DNA of 20,000 nucleotides. It comes from Alloascoidea hylecoeti. Lineage: Eukaryota. Shown here piece after piece: positions 9,801 through 19,006 of the stretch. Each line of letters starts with the position of its first letter. Position 1 is the stretch's first letter. A model generated the notes under the pieces. It had not been told where the DNA came from. It ran no database searches and saw nothing but the letters and a program-made list of their open reading frames with translations. The DNA is taken from assembly GCA_001600815.1 (NCBI GenBank), contig BCKZ01000010.1:56177-76176 (forward strand), given 5' to 3'. The translations under genes were made by a program, and so were the position numbers.

Positions 9801-10628
9801 TAAACCAGTTATTATTGGGATAAATTCTTCTTCGGGAACATCAGCTTCATAATCCCAAATTATAGTTAACCATTGATAAATGTAATGTAAAGACCAGATT
9901 GCTTTACATTTCTCATACTGCTCACTGGATAATGTTTGAGACACTAAGGGACGCTTGGCAGATTTTGATTTATAATTGGAGGTTGATTCTGAGATTTGAG
10001 GCAAAGAATCCGATCTTTCAGATGTTGAGGACGAAATAGAATGCTGTCTTGTATATCCAGCTGGGTCGGCGGGGACACTTTTTCTCTGTGGAAAGGGGGG
10101 TCTCCTTTTGGGTATTGTGGGTCGCGTGTTGTGAGTTCTGGAACGTCTCATTTGCTCAGCAGCCGCAAACTTCGATCTGTTGGACTGCTCCAAGGCGGAA
10201 ACAATGTTACTGTAGCTGCCGGACTCGGTCGGGCTGACGACGTAGAAGGAGTCTGAAGTTGGACTGTTTTGGGACCGTGAACGGTTCGGACTCAGGTTGT
10301 GGGTGTGGTTGAACTGCTGCTGAGCCGCAGACGGGGACGGGGACGGGGACGGCTGGAACGGGTCCAGCGAAGGGTACGCGTAGGGTTGCTCGAAACGGTA
10401 GTCCTCCGGACCTGGGGAGGCCGGGTTGGGGGAGGGGGAGCGAGGGACGAACTCGAACGGATTTATGTAAGGGACATTGAAACCAGGTATAACAGGGGGA
10501 GACGGGTAGGAATTGGAATTGGGCGACTCCGACTCCGCGTAGATATCGTAGATGTCCTCTATTTGGGACTGCAGTGCGGACGGATCGTCTTCGGGCACAG
10601 GGGCTGCGTGGGTTCTGGCGGAGTGCAT
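6813..10628 (-). CDS. TUS1: Rho1 guanine nucleotide exchange factor (DH-PH-CNH), Tus1/Rgf3-like
   Basis: 1271-aa ORF with a Pro/Ser-rich N-terminus, GCYS..CYSSRCSRTL, DH (KKQSHIYDVIKGEK..QYKIILKAIKDKT), PH (YLILFDNFLLI..PIPMALL) and CNH (FNLLIVLADKSL..YLLCYDEFAIFCNPYG). No obvious DEP domain, which favours Tus1/Rgf3 over Rom1/2. Confidence 0.8.
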   Translation of the reverse strand: MHSARTHAAPVPEDDPSALQSQIEDIYDIYAESESPNSNSYPSPPVIPGFNVPYINPFEFVPRSPSPNPASPGPEDYRFEQPYAYPSLDPFQPSPSPSPSAAQQQFNHTHNLSPNRSRSQNSPTSDSFYVVSPTESGSYSNIVSALEQSNRSKFAAAEQMRRSRTHNTRPTIPKRRPPFPQRKSVPADPAGYTRQHSISSSTSERSDSLPQISESTSNYKSKSAKRPLVSQTLSSEQYEKCKAIWSLHYIYQWLTIIWDYEADVPEEEFIPIITGLITHTIPTMSNQNALKYSIYIKDRLINDEALVILDYLSPLSSPSQNPQNYKHLITLRPNLQISGVLTMLTGKGCYSSKLHDLNYENGEILFGRCYSSRCSRTLIKVSDSPNSPSQNQIGPIVNITRTSSTSTNASITSTSTSKKQIEDDWASFWNITKNEIKELGLDTVKKQSHIYDVIKGEKRLLRNNNLFIEVYGESLRNHIPPLMTNVKNYCQCAFDNIKPILKLHEEFLLNPLIKRQQEQGKIMTGVADIFLNWLKFAEGPYMTYTLDLSKVIDKIKVEKSKQSSKFVNWLHEQDNDPRVKDAGLDHNRLFSTGIIGHVLQYKIILKAIKDKTDSDDPQFNYLQKAIDQCILLSSKINSQFANGEKKQKYIDMLSRIQLGEFNNSNLNVSAPDRCIIYHGTALRRAILGTAASCYLILFDNFLLICELVKTSSDVCYKVVEQPIPMALLVVELPSGDELTKDIAPSAETKDEKKSVGRRRSSFASSNNTGGSSSLNGVNGVTDKWYAFKIRHLGINGQSYTIYTRVLNDRTFWINMILKAKRAFNYDKLKRNFEPFKLNVLADYAFALEPHNVPPKVPLYIEANAVDIAIRPIDQNYVNESKLKKFPSPQVVSTINCAAIFQLNGTSYCIMGLQTGIYISIMEDTRGWRKIIDLKFVTDIEVLIQFNLLIVLADKSLLYFQLNDLVSCFQKNKSLPLNLFKKISKHDVYLYKIGQMSDGLKLIYMKKESVMTGARFKVMEPIIDKHGHKKSSEIFKNSRKFYVQCECYGLSIFNSTIAVHGSKGIEFMSITNLQPHSLPELANSEYSSPSDRKNIQTRQGFSFEQVKRKLSSSPTSSISVKPLGVFKISGKNQSEYLLCYDEFAIFCNPYGLISKPLTINYQCKAISVTYEKGFLIVAGTDMLEIRKITNANFGTIKKIDKIDVNQQLLILDSTIGSVKQIITGKNIKLLNTKENQIIVSFCHPREPDRQIVVQLIANNSYIDDSSDGLGVN

Positions 10629-10742
10629 CTGGCCGCGTGTGTTGTGCTGCGAGGATTTTATCGATTTGTGTTCTCTTCAGATTTGGGGAGGAAATGTAGA
10701 AAGTAACTTAAACTCAATCCAGAGGCAGGGTAAGCACGGGGC

Positions 10743-10750
10743 GTCACGTG
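10743..10750. promoter_or_regulatory. Cbf1-type E-box GTCACGTG upstream of the TUS1-like gene
   Basis: gtcacgtg about 115 bp upstream of the ATG; motif match only. Confidence 0.4.
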
Positions 10751-10954
10751 TGCCTGCCACCATTTCTGTGTGATGCAGTGCTAATTGCAATATTAATCGC
10801 AAACGAAAATCTCTGAGCACGGCTTGTAAGAAAGTTGATTGAAAATCATGGAACTATCACCAATGGTATTTACTTAATTCTGGAAGGATTAGTGTGATTA
10901 TGTCTATAACTGCACTGATTGATGTTTGCAACTTTTAATTAAAATTTTATGTAT

Positions 10955-12586
10955 TTATATTTCTTCAACCTTCGCATCCTTGATCCAACTGTAATCACCA
11001 TTTACACTTTCCTTTGATATTAAGTATAATTCATCAATAAAAGCAGAATAAAAAGTTCCTGGACCTCTAACTGATTCTAACTTTGCTGCTCTTTCTCCTG
11101 CAATTGTATAAAGTAATAATCCAGCTGTTACCGATAAAAATCTATCGTATTGATTAACAGCCATCATAGCACACAATGTAGATCCCAATGAACAGCCTGA
11201 TCCCGTTATTTTACCCATATAATCATGACCGTTGTGGAATGCAAATGTTCGAGTGTTTGCTTCGATCTCATCTACAGTAGGTAAAAAGGAGTCCCCATTT
11301 GTTAGGCCTTCTGATAGGATATCAATTTTACCTGTAGCTAAAACAACAGATCTGTTCTCAATTGCTAATGATTTTACAGCATTGACAATTAAATCTTGCT
11401 TTAAGGATGGATCGCTATCAACACCTTTCATCTGAATATTACCGTCTTTTTTTGCCGCAGTTAGGATCTCTGCTTGATTCCCTTTGATACAGTCAAATAA
11501 CCCAGCATTTAGAATTTTATCAACGGCTATTCTCCTTGCATTAGATGCACCAGCTCCTACAGGATCAAATATGATGGCTTTCCCCCTTTTATTGTATTCA
11601 TTAATTGCTTTCAGATATAATTCTACACCAACTTCATTCACTGTACCCATATTGATTAGACATGAACCATTTTTAATATCTGCAAAATCTGCAAATTCAT
11701 TGCTGTTTTCAGACATTGCGGGTGAAGCCCCTATGGCTATAGTTACATTAGCATTGAACAACTTAACAACACCATTTGTTATTTGATGAACAAAAGGAGA
11801 CACCTCAACAACCTTGGCAACAAGCTTAGGAACCTGAGATAGAACCTGATCAACATTGGATAATGGAACTGATAGTGATAAACTGAGGTTGTTAGATTCA
11901 TTATTAGCCCAAGGACCCTTGGTTTTGATAAGATTTGCAAGATCCCTTGTTGCTTTAGCTGGATCCTCTTGCGCCATTATTGCAGAAACAACACATATTC
12001 CATCTAGCGAACGACCAGGAATTGCACTTGTATACAAAACTTTCTGGACATTTGAGTGATTCAAACCACCAATTCCTACCATCCGAATGTGCGGAGCTTC
12101 ATCCCTTAAGATTTTCAATATTCTTCTTAACCCTGCTACCCCGAATGGAATCTTTTTGGTTTCCTTAGTTTTTGTGGGAAAGACAATACCAACACCAATA
12201 TAGTCAACTCCATCTTCAATAGCCTTTCTTGCCTCGTGTTCTTTCCCAACGCTTAACCCGATGATTTTATTAGGGCCGATTAATTTACGTAAGGTGGGGA
12301 TATCGAGATCTTCTTGTCCAACGTGAACCCCCTCAGCATCAATTGCTAGTGCTACATCAGGTCTGTCATTGATGATTAAAGGTATACCTGCCTTCTTGGT
12401 AATTTCATGAACTTGACGTGCTTTCTCTATAAATGTTTTTGTGTCCGTAGTCTTTTCTCTCAATTGGACTACGGTTGCCCCATTTTCAACAGCAGCTTTA
12501 ACATGAGACACTAGATCAGAAGATCCGGGGATCATTCCTGAGTCTGTTACAAGATATAAAGAATAATCAACGTTTGGCTTTGACAT
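10955..12586 (-). CDS. THI6: Bifunctional thiamine-phosphate synthase / hydroxyethylthiazole kinase
   Basis: VDYSLYLVTDS, VQLREK, LIINDRPDVALAIDAEGVHVGQED (ThiE domain) fused to VHQITNGV, FDPVGAGAS, IKGNQAEI, ITGSGCSLG (ThiM domain); 543 aa. Confidence 0.96.
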   Translation of the reverse strand: MSKPNVDYSLYLVTDSGMIPGSSDLVSHVKAAVENGATVVQLREKTTDTKTFIEKARQVHEITKKAGIPLIINDRPDVALAIDAEGVHVGQEDLDIPTLRKLIGPNKIIGLSVGKEHEARKAIEDGVDYIGVGIVFPTKTKETKKIPFGVAGLRRILKILRDEAPHIRMVGIGGLNHSNVQKVLYTSAIPGRSLDGICVVSAIMAQEDPAKATRDLANLIKTKGPWANNESNNLSLSLSVPLSNVDQVLSQVPKLVAKVVEVSPFVHQITNGVVKLFNANVTIAIGASPAMSENSNEFADFADIKNGSCLINMGTVNEVGVELYLKAINEYNKRGKAIIFDPVGAGASNARRIAVDKILNAGLFDCIKGNQAEILTAAKKDGNIQMKGVDSDPSLKQDLIVNAVKSLAIENRSVVLATGKIDILSEGLTNGDSFLPTVDEIEANTRTFAFHNGHDYMGKITGSGCSLGSTLCAMMAVNQYDRFLSVTAGLLLYTIAGERAAKLESVRGPGTFYSAFIDELYLISKESVNGDYSWIKDAKVEEI

Positions 12587-12768
12587 TATTGTTGCAATCG
12601 AAAAGTGATTATAAGAGGGAAGAATGACTTGTAGTCATGTCATTTTAAATTTGTACCCCTTTTGGGCATGGACACGAGTCATGTTGGGTTACGGGTAATT
12701 CTGGGTCTGGTCCGGAGGATACTGCGGCCGATAATCCGGACGGAACAGCTGATTATTTTTAAAATGTT

Positions 12769-12784
12769 TAAACGAGTCAAACGA
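12769..12784. promoter_or_regulatory. Tandem putative Upc2/Ecm22-type sterol-response elements
   Basis: taaacga-gt-caaacga (TCGTTTA / TCGTTTG on the - strand), about 230 bp upstream of ERG3. Confidence 0.5.
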
Positions 12785-13005
12785 GCTAGATCGCTGTGTA
12801 AAAAAAGTTAAATACGCCGTTGCACGCTTGCTTTTTTTTTTCCTTTTTTTTTTCCCTCATCATCTTCTTCTATATCTGATTTTTACTTCATTTGGGAATT
12901 AAAAGTAGTGTTCTTTCCTATTTTTCCTTTGGTTGTTTCATATTGCTTTTCTGTGGATTTAACTACGCTGGTTGATAATTTATATACAGTTACTGCTTTT
13001 GGAAT

Positions 13006-14049
13006 ATGGATTTAGTACTCGAGTGTCTTGACACTTATGTGTTTGATCGTCTATACGCCAACTTATTTCCGCGTTCAACAACAAATAACATCCCGAGCTC
13101 TTTATCGAAGACTCTCCATGTAGGAAATTATTCACTCCCACTGGATCACGGCTCGAGGGAAATATATGGGTCGAATACTGTCTTTTTCGCACCTTCCGAG
13201 TATATGACGCAGTCAATGTTCCCTCGGGATCACATTCTTCGCCAATTTGCTTCTTTGTTTTTCATTGTTTGGTTTTTCGGAGTCGTCCTATACATGTCGT
13301 GTGCTGCCATTTCATATTATTTTATTTTTGATAAAAGGACGTTTAATCACCCAAAGTATTTGAAAAATCAAGTTAAATTGGAAATAAATCTCGCATTATC
13401 TGCAATTCCGGGAATGAGTTTATTAACTGTTCCATGGTTCGTATTAGAAATTAGAGGTTACGGAAAATTATACTGGAATCTTGAAGACTGGGGTTGGCCA
13501 TATTTATTATTTCAATTTCCGCTTTTCATCATGTTTACAGACTGCGGAATTTATTATATTCACAGATGGCTACACATTCCTTTTATATACAAGACCCTTC
13601 ACAAACCTCATCATAAATGGATCGTTTGCACACCATTTGCTTCTCACTCTTTCCACCCTATCGACGGCTATGCACAATCATTACCATATCATATGTTCCC
13701 ATTTTTGTTCCCACTACACAAACTTTCATACCTATTTTTATTCACTTTTATTAATATCTGGACTGTATTGATTCATGATGGTGAGTTTTTAACCGCAAAT
13801 CCAATTATCAATAGTACAGCATGCCACACTGTGCACCACTTATACTTTAATTATAACTATGGACAATTCACAACATTATGGGATCGTTTAGGTGGTTCAT
13901 ATCGTGCTGCAGAATCAGAATTATGGGATAAAGATATAAGAAATTCAAAAACAAGTATTAGAAAGCAATTAGAAGAAACTGAAAAAATACGAATGGAACT
14001 TGAACAAGAAGAAGATTTCCGTGAATACAATGAATCTAAATTAAAATAA
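13006..14049 (+). CDS. ERG3: C-5 sterol desaturase
   Basis: MDLVLECLDTYVFDRLYA start, FNHPKYLKNQ, His boxes HRWLH, HKPHHKW and HTVHH, FNYNYGQFTTLWDRLGGSYR. Confidence 0.97.
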   Translation: MDLVLECLDTYVFDRLYANLFPRSTTNNIPSSLSKTLHVGNYSLPLDHGSREIYGSNTVFFAPSEYMTQSMFPRDHILRQFASLFFIVWFFGVVLYMSCAAISYYFIFDKRTFNHPKYLKNQVKLEINLALSAIPGMSLLTVPWFVLEIRGYGKLYWNLEDWGWPYLLFQFPLFIMFTDCGIYYIHRWLHIPFIYKTLHKPHHKWIVCTPFASHSFHPIDGYAQSLPYHMFPFLFPLHKLSYLFLFTFINIWTVLIHDGEFLTANPIINSTACHTVHHLYFNYNYGQFTTLWDRLGGSYRAAESELWDKDIRNSKTSIRKQLEETEKIRMELEQEEDFREYNESKLK

Positions 14050-14427
14050 TTATATGGTTTTCTTCAAATCTATAATTAATTGTAATATAAATAAAAAAGA
14101 ATTGAAATGAGTTCGAGGTGGATTTTTAAAATATTCGATTTGAGTAATGATTTTCCGATATAATAGATGGTAAAATACACAGCTCGGTAGTATTATTATA
14201 AAATAACTATAAACGTTTTAAATTGGATTGAATATATCATATTAGTTTTGAATTATATAGTTAAAGCTTCTTTTCTATGCATCTTAGATTCTGGCATGGG
14301 GTTTGTCTTTTCTTTTTCTCTCTACTTCACTATATAACTATAATGTTTAATTATTAAGTATGATTTGCAAATTGCAAATTAATTGTTTGTTATTGCAATT
14401 TTTTTACGTTATCATGTAGGTTTATAG

Positions 14428-14450
14428 TATATATATATATATATATATAT
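14428..14450. repeat. (TA)11 microsatellite
   Basis: read directly. Confidence 0.95.
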
Positions 14451-15174
14451 TAATTTTGAAATTGTAAGATCGAGATCATAAAATTGATATGTTGCAATTG
14501 GGATGTTGGACTTACGAAATAATATTTGTAACTTTAAAATTAGTTCGTTAATAAAATCTGTAAGCTCGAATTCTATTGGCTTTAAGCAATGGCATGATTT
14601 CTAACCACACGAATTATTAAAATAGTTTAAATTTATATATGATTGTTATCGTTCTAAATGTAGTTAAGCAAGCATTTTCTGTAAGCAAGTTACATGGTAA
14701 AGGAAATCAAAATTATCAGCTAACAATATTATTCTAATTATGGTGTATCTCCGGACACTTTTCGGAGACATATCTCGGGATTACTAGTCGGACTCGGAAG
14801 CCGATTTTCTAAAACTCGTGATATCGATCGGTTTCCCACCAATAGGGCTTTCAAGCTTAAGTCCATGGCTATATATGGCCTCAGAGCTGCGATTTCCAAA
14901 AATAATGCAACCTTTAATTCACAATGATTTGAAGAACTACAGCTAGATGAAGGTGAACATGTGCATAAAGAAAATTAACGAATGTAACAGACCATTGCGC
15001 TATAATTACAGTTTTACCCAGCGTTGGCATGTTAAGGTTAATTCAGTTTCCTCAACTTTAAAATAGTTAAATTAGATAAGCAGTGTCACCTGACCCTTTT
15101 GGATATAACTAGCTTAACAAAACAAGTACTGTGATTCTATTTTATGATATTTATAATTATAGGAAATGCTGTTT

Positions 15175-17541
15175 TTACATAATGAGCTGTTCTACTGAAT
15201 AAGTAGGAACGTTTCTAGATATTTCCAAACCACGTTTAACCAAAACTTTTTTCTTAACTCTTGTCTCTTGCTCTTTATTTTTCGCAGCAGCTGCTGCATT
15301 TTCTTTATCAGCGTTAAATGCCAGCAAGCTTTTAAATTGTTCTTTTTGTCTCATATCTTGCGTTACTACTGTTGGCTTCTTATTCCTTCTCTGTTTCTTT
15401 TTATCTGCTTTAGTACTCAGTCCAACTTCTGGATCCAAGAGTTTAATAGTTTCTTCAAGTAAAGTAATACTATATGTATTTGACATTATTGATTCCTCTT
15501 TCACTTTTAATTCAACTGTTATTTCATCTATTAAAGATGGAGTCCATGAAAATAATCCAACCGAATCAACAAAGCAAGACATAATAGACCAACCACAATC
15601 AAGTTTAACCATTCTTTTAACCCATGAGATAACTTTTGCCGAATCACGACGTGCAGTAAGGCTCCTAATGTTTTGAGAAAGAGATTCCTTAGGAAATTCT
15701 TCAGTTAATCTAGTCATGATATCTTTGAAAACCTCATCTTTTGAATTGGATAATTTGGTTAAAAGTTGCTCAACTGATAATTGCGGACAGGTAACTAGCG
15801 CTTGTCGTGAAATTTGAGGGAATGGAGCTAAAATATCTAGTAAATTATCAAAACAACATGTAGGAAATAAAGGATGTGTTAATAGATAAACCAATGTTTT
15901 TCGTGGGACAAAATCTCGATATAAACTTGGTTCTGAAAATTTTCTGAATGGTTCTGAATTATCTGAATTAGTAAATATGTATGAAACAATCATATAAATT
16001 AGAGAAGAATCTACTTGATAATCATCCTCCGAATATACTATGTGTTTCAATTTTTCTTTTTTCTTTTCAATAAGATCAAATTTACCAGTAGTTAAGTAGG
16101 TCAATACTAAATGCTCGAATCCATCAACATCCTTTGCCTTTCGTTTCCTATAAATCGCTTTTAAAATCTTATGTGAAGAAGAGTTTTGCTCATTAATATA
16201 TCCACTCTTCAAATAATTGAAATCAGATAATGATTTTTCTTGAGTTGTTGGTAATATATCAGGCAATGAGTTTTTATTTTTATTCTGTTGATTTGAGGAT
16301 TTTGGTACTCCTTTAAAGAGCGATTCTAATAACGTTGCACTTCCAAAGTTAATAGTGAATGCTTGAACAGTTAGTTTATTTTTAATCGAAGATAAAGACA
16401 ATACGGTATTTGGCTTAGGTTTAAGTTTTGATTTTGATTTCAATTTCTGTTCTGAAATATCATGAGAAAGTAAAATTATTGGAGATTCTAATGTTTTTGT
16501 AAATAATACTGAACTGTATTTAGAATCGATTAAAAACAATTGATTTCCATGTGAAAGTAGTACTCTGTTTTCAACACCTAAAGCTTTTAAAGATATACTA
16601 TCTGGAGAAACATTCCCATTGGATATCAACGATCTTAAATATGTTGTGCCTATCACTTCACCACTTGGAATTTTATATCCTGTAATTGTAGCAGTTTCAG
16701 TAGCAAATCTATAAAGTGTATTGAAATGATATGCAAAGGTACCGATTGTTTCTTCTCTTGAAAATGTGAACTCTTTTTCAGCAATAATGAACCCCTGTTG
16801 CTCATTTAATGAGACAAGTTTAACCACGAAACTTGTAGACGAGTAGGACAGAGAAGCTGAGTTCCAAGGTTTCCCAACGTATAAAAGCATTCCGTCATCT
16901 ATACCTGGACTACTGTTATTTTTAATAAACTTGTGATATACAACCGAAGCAGTCTTATTACCTAAGACCCAATTACTAAGCGTGGGTGGTACTGGCTTTT
17001 GGGTTGAAGAAATTGCATCCAAATCAAACTTTAGATTTTGAATTTTTCCGTTGCTATAGAGGGTATAAACAGATTTCCCTGTTTTTGAAAATAAGAGTGA
17101 GGTCACCGATGCCGAATGAGTTGCAAAAGAAGCAAAAGAAAATGATTTAGTTACAGTTGGCTTATCTTTTGAAGAGACAATGTATCTGATACTAAATCGA
17201 TTTCTGTCATTAAGTCCCACTGCAAAAATTCTATCATCTTGTCGTTTAGAAGATGATGCATTTGAGTTTTCTTTCTCCTCATTATTATTTGTATACGTAG
17301 CAAGTGCTGTCACTTTAGAAAGAAGGGAAATTGACTCTGACCATAATAAATTGGGACTTGGATATAATGTATAGCTAGATATTGATGAATAAGATATTCC
17401 AAAATTCACAGTATCTTGGAGGTCATCGGCTAGTTTCCCATCTTTCCCTGAATTTGTTGCTACTGACAATCGTGACTTTAAGGGTCTATCTAGTACCTGT
17501 GGTAGTTGTACTAAGTTATATGGGTCTGATATGGACGACAT
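15175..17541 (-). CDS. UTP8: U3 snoRNP / t-UTP subunit Utp8 (788 aa)
   Basis: First ATG at 17541 (aaaATG context; the track start at 17646 is a GTG). MSSISDPYNLVQLPQV..FGISYSSISSYTLYPSPNL resembles the Utp8 N-terminus; also YLLTHPLFP, RQALVTCP and a C-terminal PTYSVEQL. Confidence 0.85.
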   Translation of the reverse strand: MSSISDPYNLVQLPQVLDRPLKSRLSVATNSGKDGKLADDLQDTVNFGISYSSISSYTLYPSPNLLWSESISLLSKVTALATYTNNNEEKENSNASSSKRQDDRIFAVGLNDRNRFSIRYIVSSKDKPTVTKSFSFASFATHSASVTSLLFSKTGKSVYTLYSNGKIQNLKFDLDAISSTQKPVPPTLSNWVLGNKTASVVYHKFIKNNSSPGIDDGMLLYVGKPWNSASLSYSSTSFVVKLVSLNEQQGFIIAEKEFTFSREETIGTFAYHFNTLYRFATETATITGYKIPSGEVIGTTYLRSLISNGNVSPDSISLKALGVENRVLLSHGNQLFLIDSKYSSVLFTKTLESPIILLSHDISEQKLKSKSKLKPKPNTVLSLSSIKNKLTVQAFTINFGSATLLESLFKGVPKSSNQQNKNKNSLPDILPTTQEKSLSDFNYLKSGYINEQNSSSHKILKAIYRKRKAKDVDGFEHLVLTYLTTGKFDLIEKKKEKLKHIVYSEDDYQVDSSLIYMIVSYIFTNSDNSEPFRKFSEPSLYRDFVPRKTLVYLLTHPLFPTCCFDNLLDILAPFPQISRQALVTCPQLSVEQLLTKLSNSKDEVFKDIMTRLTEEFPKESLSQNIRSLTARRDSAKVISWVKRMVKLDCGWSIMSCFVDSVGLFSWTPSLIDEITVELKVKEESIMSNTYSITLLEETIKLLDPEVGLSTKADKKKQRRNKKPTVVTQDMRQKEQFKSLLAFNADKENAAAAAKNKEQETRVKKKVLVKRGLEISRNVPTYSVEQLIM

Positions 17542-17764
17542 TTTCACTCTTGAGATGCTAACAAATAAACTGAAACTTTTTTCACCTAATGGATTTTTTT
17601 TTTCCTTCACAAAAAATTTCGATGATCCGGGTAAAAAGTATTTCACGGCACGTGATGGTCATTACTTAAAAAATTATTATACCTGAAAAAAAAAGTTTAT
17701 GGTTTTCTTTTCTACAATTAATCATTCATTTTATTCTATATTTGGTTATTAATTTAATATAAAA
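17542..17764. promoter_or_regulatory. 223-bp bidirectional promoter shared by UTP8 and LCP5
   Basis: Divergent ATGs; RRPE-like tracts (tgaaacttttttca 17571-17584, aaaaaatttc ~17610-17620, tgaaaaaaaaagttt ~17684-17698); E-box cacgtgat 17649-17656. Confidence 0.6.
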
Positions 17765-18790
17765 ATGGAGAATCTAATAGCTGATATTCTATCGAGTACA
17801 TTAAACTCATTAGAATCAATATCCAATCTCTCAGAAAAGGTGGCTTTTAAACCTAATGACTTTTTAAAGACAATAGCGACAGGGGATGATTCAATAACCT
17901 TAGACCAATATCAAATTAGTTTACTTTCTTTAAAAAATGAAGCATTACTAAGTTATTTGCAAAATGTTATTTTAGTTGTATTATCAAAAGTTGAGACACT
18001 AAAAGTTGGTATTAAAAAGAGCTCTTCTGATGAAGAAGGAAACGAAAAAGAACAAGAACTTATTGATAAAATTAGGAATGATGCAGTTATTGGAACAATA
18101 AAACAAAGGGCTGTTTTAGAAAAGGGTGTTAAGGGATTAGAAAAGAAGATATCATATCAGATTGATAAAAGTGTAAGAACTTATCTAAAGGGTCAAAAAG
18201 ATTACGAAGATGGTCTTGCTATACACGATGAGAAGAACATTGATGATGATGATGATGACGATAGTGATGTAAATTCTGAAGAAGATGAAATGAATTCGAA
18301 ACCGAATGCACAAGCAATTAAACCTTCAGAGGGTGAAAGATTTTCTAGATCAGAAGATGGTTCTTCTACTGCTAAATATAAACCTCCAAAGATATCAGCA
18401 GTTACACCATTTAGCGAAAAATCCACATCTCAACGACGCCGGAAGAATAATACAATGGATGAATTTCTTGCAGAAGAAACAGAATTGCCGCAATCACAAG
18501 TATCCATTGGTTCAACTATTCTTTCTAATGGTAGATATGGTACTAAGACTGATAGGGATAGACAAAAAGAAGCAGAAATTCAACGTTATGAAGAAGATAA
18601 TTTTACAAGATTACCTGAGCCTAGTAAAAAGAAAAATAACGCTATTCTTAAAAAACGACAACAGAACTCATTTGGTGGTGAAGATTGGTCTATGCTTGAT
18701 TCTAAGAGGGATGGGATCGCAGAGGCCACCAGAAGGAAGAAATCTGGGAGTCTATATGAGAGAAGTAAGAAAAAGCGCAGGCAAGAGTAA
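17765..18790 (+). CDS. LCP5: U3 snoRNP protein Lcp5 (Sas10/Utp3/C1D family)
   Basis: ISLLSLKNEALLSY, GVKGLEKKISYQIDK, acidic tract, YKPPKISAV, YEEDNFTRL, FGGEDW, basic C-terminus. Confidence 0.93.
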   Translation: MENLIADILSSTLNSLESISNLSEKVAFKPNDFLKTIATGDDSITLDQYQISLLSLKNEALLSYLQNVILVVLSKVETLKVGIKKSSSDEEGNEKEQELIDKIRNDAVIGTIKQRAVLEKGVKGLEKKISYQIDKSVRTYLKGQKDYEDGLAIHDEKNIDDDDDDDSDVNSEEDEMNSKPNAQAIKPSEGERFSRSEDGSSTAKYKPPKISAVTPFSEKSTSQRRRKNNTMDEFLAEETELPQSQVSIGSTILSNGRYGTKTDRDRQKEAEIQRYEEDNFTRLPEPSKKKNNAILKKRQQNSFGGEDWSMLDSKRDGIAEATRRKKSGSLYERSKKKRRQE

Positions 18791-19006
18791 TGATTTTACT
18801 TATCTATCCTATGAAAACTTAAGTTTGAGAAGTTTTGCTCATCACTATTATTGTATGTAGTAGTTTTAAACATCTTTTAAATATAATAAAATTAATAAAA
18901 CAAACTCTCATTAATATCGACATCTTTTTAGTTAGGCAATTTACAAATTATTTATAAAGGATGATCCATTGGGTAGCTATAATTGTATATAAACAATTAC
19001 CTAGAT

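Noticed and set aside
10041..10773. Several + strand ORFs (e.g. 10299-10706, Arg/Gly-rich)
   Set aside because: Antisense shadows of the GC-rich TUS1 5' region; non-ATG starts in several and no recognisable motifs.
14105..14125. gagttcga B-box-like motif suggesting a tRNA
   Set aside because: No cloverleaf stems or A-box around it.
17542..17646. 35-aa N-terminal extension of UTP8 in the ORF track
   Set aside because: Starts at GTG within promoter poly(A/T) tracts; homology begins at the ATG at 17541.
11232..18860. Small ORFs overlapping THI6, ERG3, UTP8 and LCP5
   Set aside because: Antisense or alternate-frame shadows of real genes, with no independent support.
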